64,000 bases of DNA, from the NCBI GenBank assembly GCA_964016885.1, contig OZ024744.1, positions 135,718,001 through 135,782,000 of the forward strand. The letters run 5' to 3'. A program made the translations under genes and the position numbers. The notes beneath the pieces are model-generated. The model saw only the letters and a program-made list of their open reading frames with translations, had not been told where the DNA came from and searched no databases. Source of the DNA: Eledone cirrhosa. Taxonomy: Eukaryota. Below, one piece after another: positions 1 to 13,117 of the stretch (positions are counted from its first letter, which is position 1; each line of letters opens with the position of its first letter).

Positions 1-88
1 TTTTACGCTATTTCACTTAGTTAATTCTTAGAGTGTAACATATAAAAATATGATTTACAACTATAAAATAAATTAATTAATATAATAA

Positions 89-176
89 CAGAGCTGCGGA
101 GCTGAAATTTAGGAAATAATGGAGTATCGGATCCTGAGTTGGAGCCAGTCAATTTTTGGCCGACTCCGCAGCCCTG
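89..176. mobile_element. 88-bp hAT-like MITE (mirror copy 12678-12765)
   Basis: Imperfect TIRs CAG(G/A)GCTGCGGAG. Flanks at the right-arm copy are gtattata/ttattata, an 8-bp TSD with 1 mismatch, which is typical of hAT. Confidence 0.6.
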
Positions 177-1349
177 TATAATACATTTCATATTAAAGTT
201 ATTAATAAACCTATTTTACACTTCATGCAAATTACCACGAGATATTGATATTAGATATAAGATACAGCGCAATATCTACAGCTGTAAAAGTACGAAAGCG
301 AAGTAATAATAAGTGGCTTAAGGTAATTCCAATATGAAAGTTTGTAGTGATAAAAATTTGATAATGCAATACGATTGTTAATATTATAGTTCTATGAAAA
401 TGTAACAATAGATAACTAAATTATTTTACTATTAGTATATTTAAGAAATTATCATTATAGATTTGATCGTTCATATAAGCATCATATTAAGTTTCAACAC
501 AATTATTTTGTTACTATGAGTATATGATAATAATATTACGTAATTATTTATAGCTGTTATTACATTAAACATAGATGTATTTATTTTTATATGTTACACT
601 CTAAGAATTAACTAAGTGAAATAGCGTAAAAATAAAGGCTTCGTTGGTTTAAGCTATTTTTATAAAGGATGCCACAGAATGTACGATATATAATGATTAC
701 AATATTTTTTAGCAACAACTCTAGTCCCACACTTTTGAAGGTTTATTATAACATTCTGTGGCACTTTTGAGCTTGCGCATTTTTCATGTCTAGTTTAATA
801 TTTGTTTAAGGCAACGCTTGTAATAACTCTAGTTAAACAGGATATATATTAATAATAAATTATCGTTGTAATGTAATTAGATTATGTAATTGTTATTATA
901 AATTATCTTATAAATATTAGTGTAAGATGTATAAAAATATTTTCAGACTTTTAATATAAACAACTACAAAAAACAATCAATATTAAATCAATATATTATA
1001 CATAATAGAAAACATAAAATATACAATACAAAAACAAAATATTTACATACAATTGCAATTATCAGTGTATATACATTTTCTTTATATTCCCTGAGCAAAT
1101 TAATAAGATTTGTTTTTATTGTACATAATTTGATGACTTGTTGGAGTGTATTAAAAGATAGCAACAATTTGTGATTAAATTGTTATCTTAAGCAACTCAC
1201 TTTTTAATAGTTGTTGGCTGAGCGAAATTGTAAAAGCCTATGAGCAAATATAAAAAAAAATACACAAACAACATTTCCTTGTGTTATTACAACATTAGAT
1301 AAAATAATTGAGCAATGTCGTTATATTTTGCTGTTATTGCACATTAATA

Positions 1350-1520
1350 GTGTTTCTATTTTTCGGCACAAATCCATTACGGCAGTCCATTACTGGTACT
1401 TTATTTTATCGAATTAGTAAGTATGAAAGTCGAAGTTAACCTCGGCAGGATTTGAACTTAGAATGCAAAGGACCATAACAATACTGCAAAGCATGGTGTC
1501 TGACGCTCTACCAATACTTG
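1350..1520 (-). mobile_element. tRNA-derived SINE, diverged (mirror copy ~11337-11505 +)
   Basis: B-box-like GTTCAAATCC and core ttcat...cgataaaataaagtaccagta shared with the other SINE copies. Confidence 0.75.
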
Positions 1521-1908
1521 TGTTGAGCTGGTCATTAATTTATGGTGGTCGTGCGTGGAGTAGAGCAATCGCTAGTTGAAATATTATGAACAAAACATTT
1601 TTATTTGCCGAAGAACATATTTTCAATACTGTTTGTGAATGTGACGAAAGAAATACATTCTGATATGGAACAGTGTACAAAGTGTGTCTGTGAATAACAT
1701 AATGTTACCTCATGTTGTTGTCAAGACATAATGGATTTCGTATATCCAGTTAGAAGATGAAACCTAGCCATCTCGGATTAGTTATATTTCATGCCATGTG
1801 TAAACGTGTTTGAGGATAGCAAAATATGCGCGTTAATTATAATAATTAGTTAATAATATTACAAAATATACCTAATTAAACTCTTTGCTTGAAATTTTAT
1901 CATTCTTC

Positions 1909-1973
<65 letters not shown>

Positions 1974-2753
1974 GAGAGAGATTTATCTAGTCCTTCGCTC
2001 AAGATTAATCTATAAGTTTAGATGTTTGCCTTCGTTTAAGTAAATATTACAGTAAGATTTTTAATATAAACAACTACAAAAAACAATTAATATTAAAACG
2101 AAAAAATTATCAATGATAAAAGAAGCGGATGCAACTTTTTTTTTTATAAAGTTATATTCCTGTTTCTTTAAAGAACATTTCATTTTTGTTCTATTGTAGG
2201 CGAAATAATGCAATGGTTTAATAGGGAAGATATAACTTACGAATTATGTCTCTAACCGTGTAACACTTTTTAAGTAGATAACTACAATTGAAAATACTAA
2301 AGAAATGGAACCAACAATTCAATTTGAAAGTCGTCTAGTGACAGTGTATTACTGGTACTTTATTTTATCGACCCCGTAACGATGAAAGGCAAAAATGCAA
2401 ATGCTTAAAATTTAAATTGCCTTAATTCTATCGTCTGCTGTTTCATTAAAGGGAGATTATCGTCTGTATTTAATTCTATCGTCTACTGTTCCACTAAACA
2501 GATATACCTCCACTATCGTCTCTATTTATACATTTTAACTTATAACTTATACACATTTGATTTGAAATATTTTATCTACTCCCCCCTCTCAATATTATGA
2601 TGATTTCTTTCGAATGAAACAGTTCTAGTCCTGTAGAAGCCATTTATATATATAATTGAACTGAGTTAAAAATTCACAATATTTATAATTAAATAAGCTC
2701 ATATATATATGTGTGTATTTATCTGTTTATTGTATTATATATAATGTGTGTAT

Positions 2754-2860
2754 ATACAGGATGTCCCCCAAAAATATATACACACTTCAACAGCATTCTA
2801 ATAACTATTGCCTGTACAGGTAATCAAAGTGTCAATCGAATGTTAGTTTCGTGTTTTAAC
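2754..2860 (+). mobile_element. Possible Tc1/mariner-type TIR remnant
   Basis: TA+CAGGATGTCCCCCAAAAATATATACACACTT resembles Tc1-like MITE ends. No partner TIR seen apart from the mirror copy in the duplication. Confidence 0.35.
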
Positions 2861-3389
2861 AGTACAAATTTACAATACACACATAAAACCAGTGTATATA
2901 CATACATGAGTGTGTATACACATACATGAATGTGTATATACAATATATATGTATATATATATAGACACATATATTCACGGTGCAACGGTACATTAAAATA
3001 TAGATGCGGGAGAGGGGGGGTGTATATATAGGGGCGCTGGGGATAAAGGAGTGTAAAGCGTGTGTAATTGATATATTGAAGGAGAGGAGCGTGCAGCGAT
3101 AGAGTAACAAATATATAGAGAGGGGGAGAGATGGTATTGAAGGGGAGGAGTGCAAAGCGAAAGAGTAAGAGATATATATAGAGACGGAACAGATAGAGAG
3201 AAACAGGCGTAAGTAACAGTGGAAGAGATATAGAGAGAGGTACTCTGATTGGTTGAAAATTAGCCAATGACATACGATCACCACCACCACGGCTATCCCC
3301 GAAAATTTTTTAAAGAAGCTAGGCATATATGTTAGAACACGAAAAGTGAACATTCTGTTGTTTCACACTTTTCGTGTTCTAACAGATAA

Positions 3390-3914
3390 GATCAAAAGAT
3401 GGTTAAAGGAGTTCCATGTATTTTATTATGCGCATTTCAAAAACAAACATCATCATGCAATAATATTTGTGTTTTCATCAGATAAAACAGGAGAACATGA
3501 TATGAAGGCTAAAAACACTTGTGGATAGTGCAGTTTTGATATGTTGATTTAAAACTGCACTATCCACAAGTGTTTTTTAGCCTTCATATGAATCCTGGAA
3601 AAATTTCTATGAATCCTGGAAAAATTTTTGTGAATCCTGGAAAAATTTTTCGACCAAAATGGTAGCGAAAAGATTATTTAGAACAACGTGGAGAATATTT
3701 TTTGAACAGTGAGACAGAATTATAGAAAGACAATTATGAATAAGATTTTGATTCTGGGCGATTATAGATATATGGATGAATGAACCGAAGGGTGGGGAGT
3801 TAAAAAGAAAATGATATTTGTACGTTACATTTCTTAGAAGCAGACTGACCATTAATAAGAGTTGACAAATTCTGAGTTTTGTCCCCCGTAACAGCCTTAT
3901 TTATATTTGGTGCG
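3390..3914 (-). mobile_element. Penelope-like element 3' end remnant (hairpin plus hammerhead)
   Basis: On the minus strand: a possible GIY-YIG C-terminal remnant (APNINK...), 3x 21-bp repeats (3589-3650), a 38-bp-stem hairpin (3500-3589), then a hammerhead (3419-3489). Confidence 0.6.
3419..3489 (-). ncRNA. Type I hammerhead ribozyme (Penelope-type)
   Basis: Minus strand reads UGUUUUAU-CUGAUGA-[long stem II, 3439-3474]-GAAA-UGCGCA-UA-AUAAAAUA. Helix I is 8 bp (1 GU), the core is intact, helix III is the palindrome AUGCGCAU and the cleavage triplet is AUA. Confidence 0.85.
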
Positions 3915-6900
3915 TATAAGCTTTTCTGGGTGGGAAATGACATTGGGCTGCTAACATAAGATAATAGACGTAAATAGAGTGAATGACAGAATAATTAAAA
4001 TAAGACTTGTTCTAAATAGAACTACTGTGACGGTAATATCTGCGTACGCACCCCAATCCGGACTGCCTGGCGCTATAAAAGACAGTTTCTATGAGACACT
4101 GATGCTCACTACCTCCCAAATAACCGACAGTGACTATATAATTATTGCTGGCGACCCACTTAATCACCTACAGATCAGGGGAACATACCAGCCAGGTAGA
4201 TTATATCCTTACCAGAAGACGTGACAGAGTGTCTGTTGTAAACACTAAATCCCTCCCCCATGAAGAATGCACATCCCAATATAGACTCATAATTAGCGAC
4301 CTCATAGTCAGGACGAGACGTACTAGACAGCAGAAGAGGACTATCCTCAGGAGAAAAATATGGAAGCTAAAGGACCCCACAGCCAGAAATAAATTTCAAA
4401 GCATATTACTTGATGCTTTCGACAGTAAGGAAGAGCATTTAGAGTCGTACAATATAGAGGAACAGTGGGAATTCCTGAAAGCAAACCTGCTGATGGCGGC
4501 TGACAAAGTCTGTGGCTGGAGTAGGCCTATGGGCAGGAGGAGAGTAACATGGCGGTGGAACAGTAAGGTGGAGGAGTCAATTAAAGCCAAAAAGCAGGCT
4601 TGGAAAGTATGGCGGGATGGGGGAAGTAGAGAAGACTATCAAGTGGCCAGGAGGGAAGCTAGGAGACAAGTGTACTTCGGAAGAAGGGAAGCAGAGGAAA
4701 GAAAGTTCAAGCATGTTCTACAACGCCAGGACCAAAAACATGAGGTGTTCAGGATTGCTAGGCAATGTGTCAAGGAAAACCGTGATATTGTCGGGGAGAA
4801 GTGTGTACTTAATGATGATGGTGTACTTGCCATCACTGACGCTGATAAGAAGGTAGCTTGGAAGTGTCACTACGAAAGGCTACTAAATGAGGAGAATAAA
4901 TGGGAGAAAGACAGTCTCCCCCACATCGACCCAATAGAGGGACCAGCAGTGTTAGTCGAAGGTAGTATAATAAGGCAATCAAAGATATGAAAACGGGTAA
5001 GGCGGCTGGGCCTTCGGAAATAGTTGCTGAGATGCTGAAAGCCTCTGGAACGGTGGGACACACCATGGTCACCCGGATAGTAAACCAAGTCATACAGAAT
5101 GGGGTTGTTCCAAAGGACTGGCATATCAGCATCATCGTTAACTGTTATAAGGGTAAAGGAGATGCTCTAGATAGAAGTAACTATAGAGGCATTAAATTAA
5201 TCGACCGAAGGACTGGTGTAGCAGCATCATCATTAACTGTTACAAGGGTAAAGGAGATGCTCTAGATAGGAGTAACTATAGAGGCATTAAATTAATCGAC
5301 CGAAGGACTGGTGTAGCAGCATCATCATTAACTGTTACAAGGGTAAAGGAGATGCCCTAGATAGGACTAACTATAGAGGCATTAAATTAATCGACCAGGT
5401 CATGAAGGTCACGGAAAAAGTAATAGCGCAACTAATCAGAGAGAGAATTGATATAGATGAAATGCAGTTCGGGTTTGTGTCAGGCAAAAGTACCACAGAC
5501 GCTCTTTTCATTGTACGACAACTACAGGAGAAGTACCTAGCTAAAAGTAAACCCCTATACTTAGCTTTTGTCGACTTGGAGAAAGCCTTCGACAGAGTCC
5601 CCCGTTCCATTATCTGGTGGGCTCTTAGAAAACTAGGTGTTGATGAATGGCTTGTGAGAGCTATAGAAGCCATGTATAAAGAAACAGTCAGCAAGGTTAG
5701 AATTAACAACGAATATAGTGAAGAGTTTAGCGTAAAAGTTGGTGTTCATCAGGGCGCCGTTCTTAGGCCCTACTATTTATTATTGCCCTTCAGGCTATAA
5801 CAGTGGAGTTCAAGACCGGCTGCCCATGGGAACTCCTATACGCAGATGATCTAACGCTCATAGCTGAATCAATGGCCGAGCTAGAGAAGAAATTCCAAAC
5901 ATGGAAGCACGGCCTAGAGTCTAAAGGCCTTAAAATTAACCTGGCTAAGACCAAAGTTCTAGTTTGTAGGAAGGAAAATAGGGCGCCGGTCCCATCCGGG
6001 AAATGGCCATGCTCAGTGTGTAGGAAAGGCGTAGGTAGAAACTCCATTTTATGTCCCAAATGCAAAGTGTGTGTGCATAAAAGATGTAGTGGGATCACAG
6101 GTAAGCTAACTAGGAACATAGATTTTACATGTGGCCGGTGCTCTGGTACAATAAGTAGCAGCAAGTGCCCACTAAATAATAGCTCTTTCAATTGCACAGA
6201 GGGTTCTATAGAAAGTGGACAGCTTCCGTTACCTGGGTGACAAAATCAGCAGTGGAGGAGGGTGCTCTGAAAGTACAGTAGCTAGAGTCAGAACTGGATG
6301 GAAAAAGTTCAGAGAACTTATACCACTATTAGCCGCTAAAGAGTTCTCCCTAAAAATGAAAGGCAGGCTGTATGATGCCTGCATACGAACAGCAATGTTG
6401 CATGGCAGTGAGACCTGGGCATTGTGTGCAGAGGAATACGCAAACTAGAGAGGAACGAAGCTTGCATGCTCCGCTGGATGTGTAATAGTAATATTTGTGA
6501 ACGGCAAAGCATAAACGAACTAAGGCAAAAATTAGAAATAAGAGGGATCAGATGTTGTTTACTCGAGAGAAGGCTATGTTGGTATGGTCACATGATACGC
6601 ATGAAAGACGACAGCTGTATAAAAAAGTGCAGGGCAATAAAAATAGACGGTAGCCACGGAGTAGGCAGACCCAGAATAACGTGGGACGATTTGATAAATT
6701 CCGACGTCACACACTTACACCTCTCCAAGACAATGTCACTGGACCGAGACCTTTGGCGGTACTCAGTAATAGAGAAGACCCGCCTTACCTAAATACAAAG
6801 TAAAACCTACTACAGTCAGTAGGCACCTCTAACAAAATAAACCCCCGTCCCACTACCCCCACCCCATCCACACCGCCCCTTTCTATGTAAAGTTATGTTG

Positions 6901-7179
6901 GTACCACAACATCCAGGCCGAAACAAATGAGGTCGTGTAGGTGTCACGACAAAAACACACAGTCCACGCTGTAAATGTGGCCGTGTAGGCAACACGGTAA
7001 AAACCTCCCAGTTCCACACTGTAAATGTGGTTGGTGTTAGGAAGGGCATCCAGCTGTAGAAAACCCGCCACACAGTCCTATGCGAGCAAGACAACTACTC
7101 TTGCCTCAAGTGGGAAAACACCCGTCCAAACCCATGCAAGCGTGGAATATGGACGTTAAACGATGATGATGATGATGAT
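3915..7179 (+). mobile_element. RTE-clade LINE, 5'-truncated and frameshifted
   Basis: ORF fragments match the intact copy (SAYAPQ, DLEKAFDRVP, LLYADD, WYGH). 3'UTR and (GAT)n tail at 7162-7179. Internal 95-bp triplication at ~5112-5396. Confidence 0.95.
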
Positions 7180-7517
7180 ATACATATACATATATATCTA
7201 TATATATACATATACAGACATATACATATATATATATATACATTTACATACATATACATATATATATATATACATACATATATATACATATATATATACA
7301 TACATATACATATACATACATATATATATATACATATACATATATATACATATACATATACATATATATATACATATACATATATATACATATACATATA
7401 TATATACATATACATATATATACATATACATATACATACATATATACATATATATACATATACATATACATATATATACATATACATATATATACATATA
7501 CATATCTATACATATAC

Positions 7518-7553
<36 letters not shown>

Positions 7554-7863
7554 ACATATATATATACATATACATACATATATATATATACATATACATA
7601 CATATATATATATACATATACATACATATACATATACATACATATATATATATACATATACATACATATATATATATACATATAAATATATACATATATA
7701 TACATATATATATATACACATATATACATATATATATTCATATACATACATATATATATATAGATATATATACATATATATACATACATATATATACATA
7801 TATATATACATACATATACATATACATACATATATATATATACATATACATATATATACATAT

Positions 7864-7898
<35 letters not shown>

Positions 7899-8965
7899 TA
7901 TACATATACATATACATATATATACATATATATACATATACATATATATACATATACATATACATACATATATATATATATATACATACATATATATATA
8001 TACATATATATATACATATACATATACATACATATATATATGGTGGCTGCCAACTCGTTTTCGAGTACGGCCACTACTTTATATACATGTAGGAGAACCC
8101 CTTCCGATGCGCTGAACGAGTGTGACTTTTTAGTCCAGCCAGCGACTTGAAAACTCTGGTACAAACACTACACTTGTGACAATTATTGACACATAGTGCT
8201 GGGCCCATGGTACCATGTGACGACAAGTGCAGAGAGATCTCCAGATATAAAGCAATGCCTGTGCTGTGAAGCTTTTATAGTGAGCAAAGGCACTGCACAA
8301 AGCCAGTCCCACTCTCTTAACCAAGATGATATTTACCAAAAAGAAGAACAAGTCAACATCATTGGATACCATCAGGGTTGCAGATGTTACATCAGAATTT
8401 TCCCTCTCCTAGAATTCTGCCTTGACAAAGGCTAAGGGGTCATCTCTCCCGGTGATTTTGGATGGCCATTGACTCTTAAGAGCTCCTTTGCCCTTTGACA
8501 GGTTTTGTTTTTAGTCCTGCAGGATGTCCAATATATATATATACATATACATACATATACATATACATACATATATATATATACATATACATACATATAT
8601 ATATATACATATACATACATATATATATATACATATATATACATATATATATATACATATATATACATATACATATATATACATATATATATATCTATAC
8701 ATATATATATACATATATATACATATATATATATATATACATATATATACACATATATATACATATATATATATATACATATATATACATATATATATAC
8801 ATATATATACATATATATATATATACATATATATACATATATATATACATATATATACATATATATATATATACATATATATACATATATATACATATAC
8901 ATATATATACATATACATATATATACATATACATATATATACATATACATATATATATATATATA
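7180..8965. repeat. (TA)n/(TATACA)n microsatellite tracts (7180-8040, 8531-8965) around a ~490-bp unique insert
   Basis: Read directly. The YI/HI-rich ORFs here are artefacts. Confidence 0.95.
8160..8530 (-). pseudogene. Possible degraded Penelope-like RT fragment
   Basis: MVSNDVDLFFFLVNI resembles the RT motif MVSFDVxSLFTNI. Weak similarity only. Confidence 0.3.
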
Positions 8966-9126
8966 CGTGGAAAAGTAAGAAATCGGAGAATAGACCGTTA
9001 AAACAGGTTTATTTAAAACAGCACCTATGTATTTTCGCCCAGTTGGGCTTCTCAAGGGCATAAAGAAAATTTTGTTTCATTCTATTCCATTTATTGTTTT
9101 CGGTGCGCCCAGGAGGAAAATATAAC

Positions 9127-9168
9127 ACCACTGACGATGTTGCAGATGTGCAACGAAAGATTTATGTA
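9127..9168 (+). ncRNA. Hammerhead-like motif (core intact, helix I decayed) in TA-flanked insert 8966-9378
   Basis: CUGACGA-U-GUUGCA-gaug-UGCAAC-GAAA-GAUU-UA. Stem II is 6 bp and helix III is near-palindromic (AGAUUU), but helix I is only ~2 bp. Confidence 0.55.
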
Positions 9169-9391
9169 AATTATGTAAACTATATATATGTGTTTGTGTC
9201 TATATTGTATCTGTATTATTTTTGACCGTCGGTCAGTCAATGGCAACATTGAGGACCGAGTAAGTTAGATTACAGATATAAAAGACAGCGAGAAGCGAAA
9301 ACCAACCAAACAGTGAGTGTGTTCTGTTATTAATTCTGGCAATATTACACAAATATGACCCTCCCCAAGTATAACAATATATGTATATATA

Positions 9392-9478
<87 letters not shown>

Positions 9479-9483
9479 ATATA

Positions 9484-10893
9484 TATCTGTTAGAACACGA
9501 AAAGTGTGAAACAACAGAATGTTCACTTTTCGTGTTCTAACATATATGCGTAGCTTCTTAAAAAATTTTTCGGGGATAACCGTGGTGGTGGTGATCGTAT
9601 GTCATTGGCTAATTTTCAACCAATCAGAGTACCTCTCTCTATATCTCTTCCACTGTTACTTACGCCTGTTTCTCTCTATCTGTTCCGTCTCTATATATAT
9701 CTCTTACTCTTTCGCTTTGCACTCCTCCCCTTCAATACCATCTCTCCCCCTCTCTATATATTTGTTACTCTATCGCTGCACGCTCCTCTCCTTCAATATA
9801 TCAATTACACACGCTTTACACTCCTTTATCCCCAGCGCCCCTATATATACCCCCCCCTCTCCCGCATCTATATTTTAATGTACCGTTGCACCGTGAATAT
9901 ATGTGTCTATATATATATACATATATATTGTATATACACATTCATGTATGTGTATACACACTCATGTATGTATATACACTGGTTTTATGTGTGTATTGTA
10001 AATTTGTACTGTTAAAACACGAAACTAACATTCGATTGACACTTTGATTACCTGTACAGGCAATAGTTATTAGAATGCTGTTGAAGTGTGTATATATTTT
10101 TGGGGGACATCCTGCATATACACACATATAATACAATAAACAGATAAATACACACATATATATATGAGCTTATTTAATTATAAATATTGTGAATTTTTAA
10201 CTCAGTTCAATTATATATATAAATGGTTTCTACAGGACTAGAACTGTTTCATTCGAAAGAAATCATCATAATATTGAGAGGGGGGACTAGATAAAATATT
10301 TCAAATCAAATGTGTATAAGTTATAAGTTAAAATGTATAAATAGAGACGATAGTGGAGGTATATCTGTTTAGTGGAACAGTAGACGATAGAATTAAATAC
10401 AGACGATAATCTCCCTTTAATGAAACAGCAGACGATAGAATTAAGGCAATTTAAATTTTAAGCATTTGCATTTTTGCCTTTCATCGTTACGGGGTCGATA
10501 AAATAAAGTACCAGTAATACACTGTCACTAGACGACTTTCAAATTGAATTGTTGGTTCCATTTCTTTAGTATTTTCAATTGTAGTTATCTACTTAAAAAG
10601 CGTTACACGGTTAGAGACATAATTCGTAAGTTATATCTTCCCTATTAAACCATTGCATTATTTCGCCTACAATAGAACAAAAATGAAATGTTCTTTAAAG
10701 AAACAGGAATATAACTTTATAAAAAAAAAAGTTGCATCCGCTTCTTTTATCATTGATAATTTTTTCGTTTTAATATTAATTGTTTTTTGTAGTTGTTTAT
10801 ATTAAAAATCTTACTGTAATATTTACTTAAACGAAGGCAAACATCTAAACTTATAGATTAATCTTGAGCGAAGGACTAGATAAATCTCTCTCC

Positions 10894-10945
<52 letters not shown>

Positions 10946-12853
10946 GAAGAATGATAAAATTTCAAGCAAAGAGTTTAATTAGGTATATTTTGTAATATTA
11001 TTAACTAATTATTATAATTAACGCGCATATTTTGCTATCCTCAAACACGTTTACACATGGCATGAAATATAACTAATCCGAGATGGCTAGGTTTCATCTT
11101 CTAACTGGATATACGAAATCCATTATGTCTTGACAACAACATGAGGTAACATTATGTTATTCACAGACACACTTTGTACACTGTTCCATATCAGAATGTA
11201 TTTCTTTCGTCACATTCACAAACAGTATTGAAAATATGTTCTTCGGCAAATAAAAATGTTTTGTTCATAATATTTCAACTAGCGATTGCTCTACTCCACG
11301 CACGACCACCATAAATTAATGACCAGCTCAACACAAGTATTGGTAGAGCGTCAGACACCATGCTTTGCAGTATTGTTATGGTCCTTTGCATTCTAAGTTC
11401 AAATCCTGCCGAGGTTAACTTCGACTTTCATACTTACTAATTCGATAAAATAAAGTACCAGTAATGGACTGCCGTAATGGATTTGTGCCGAAAAATAGAA
11501 ACACTATTAATGTGCAATAACAGCAAAATATAACGACATTGCTCAATTATTTTATCTAATGTTGTAATAACACAAGGAAATGTTGTTTGTGTATTTTTTT
11601 TTATATTTGCTCATAGGCTTTTACAATTTCGCTCAGCCAACAACTATTAAAAAGTGAGTTGCTTAAGATAACAATTTAATCACAAATTGTTGCTATCTTT
11701 TAATACACTCCAACAAGTCATCAAATTATGTACAATAAAAACAAATCTTATTAATTTGCTCAGGGAATATAAAGAAAATGTATATACACTGATAATTGCA
11801 ATTGTATGTAAATATTTTGTTTTTGTATTGTATATTTTATGTTTTCTATTATGTATAATATATTGATTTAATATTGATTGTTTTTTGTAGTTGTTTATAT
11901 TAAAAGTCTGAAAATATTTTTATACATCTTACACTAATATTTATAAGATAATTTATAATAACAATTACATAATCTAATTACATTACAACGATAATTTATT
12001 ATTAATATATATCCTGTTTAACTAGAGTTATTACAAGCGTTGCCTTAAACAAATATTAAACTAGACATGAAAAATGCGCAAGCTCAAAAGTGCCACAGAA
12101 TGTTATAATAAACCTTCAAAAGTGTGGGACTAGAGTTGTTGCTAAAAAATATTGTAATCATTATATATCGTACATTCTGTGGCATCCTTTATAAAAATAG
12201 CTTAAACCAACGAAGCCTTTATTTTTACGCTATTTCACTTAGTTAATTCTTAGAGTGTAACATATAAAAATAAATACATCTATGTTTAATGTAATAACAG
12301 CTATAAATAATTACGTAATATTATTATCATATACTCATAGTAACAAAATAATTGTGTTGAAACTTAATATGATGCTTATATGAACGATCAAATCTATAAT
12401 GATAATTTCTTAAATATACTAATAGTAAAATAATTTAGTTATCTATTGTTACATTTTCATAGAACTATAATATTAACAATCGTATTGCATTATCAAATTT
12501 TTATCACTACAAACTTTCATATTGGAATTACCTTAAGCCACTTATTATTACTTCGCTTTCGTACTTTTACAGCTGTAGATATTGCGCTGTATCTTATATC
12601 TAATATCAATATCTCGTGGTAATTTGCATGAAGTGTAAAATAGGTTTATTAATAACTTTAATATGAAATGTATTATACAGGGCTGCGGAGTCGGCCAAAA
12701 ATTGACTGGCTCCAACTCAGGATCCGATACTCCATTATTTCCTAAATTTCAGCTCCGCAGCTCTGTTATTATATTAATTAATTTATTTTATAGTTGTAAA
12801 TCATATTTTTATATGTTACACTCTAAGAATTAACTAAGTGAAATAGCGTAAAA
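9484..12853. repeat. Right arm of the large inverted duplication
   Basis: Reverse complement of 1-3388 read directly. Confidence 0.95.
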
Positions 12854-13016
12854 ATAAAGGCTTCGTTGGTTTAAGCTATTTTTATAAAGGATGCCACAGA
12901 ATGTACGATATATAATGATTACAATATTTTTTAGCAACAACTCTAGTCCCACACTTTTGAAGGTTTATTATAACATTCTGTGGCACTTTTGAGCTTGCGC
13001 ATTTTTCATGTCTAGT
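12060..13016. mobile_element. Non-coding foldback/MITE-like element with ~210-bp terminal inverted repeats (partial mirror copy at 1-795)
   Basis: 12060-12272 (actagacatgaaaaatgcgc...catataaaaata) is the reverse complement of 12804-13016. The interior is AT-rich with no ORF and contains the hAT-like MITE. Confidence 0.7.
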
Positions 13017-13117
13017 ATAATATTGTCCAATATATATAGACTATATGTCATGTTGTCCAAGGGAAAGGCTGATATAGATCAGCACCAGTGACATTACAAC
13101 TATTATATACACTATAT

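Larger units (their letters stand above)
1..3388. repeat. Left arm of a large near-identical inverted duplication (partner 9484-12853; probably continues beyond the window start)
   Basis: Position 1 (ttttacgctatt) is the reverse complement of 12842-12853, and 3381-3388 (aacagata) pairs with 9484-9491. ORF-track peptides are mirrored (2856..3353- vs 9519..9878+). Scattered SNPs and microsatellite length differences separate the arms. Confidence 0.95.

Noticed and set aside
2824-3353. Hydrophobic 149/165-aa ORFs (and mirrors 9519-10015; also 33034-33339)
   Set aside because: Low-complexity CT/TA-rich sequence. The reading frame is not conserved between the two duplicated arms.
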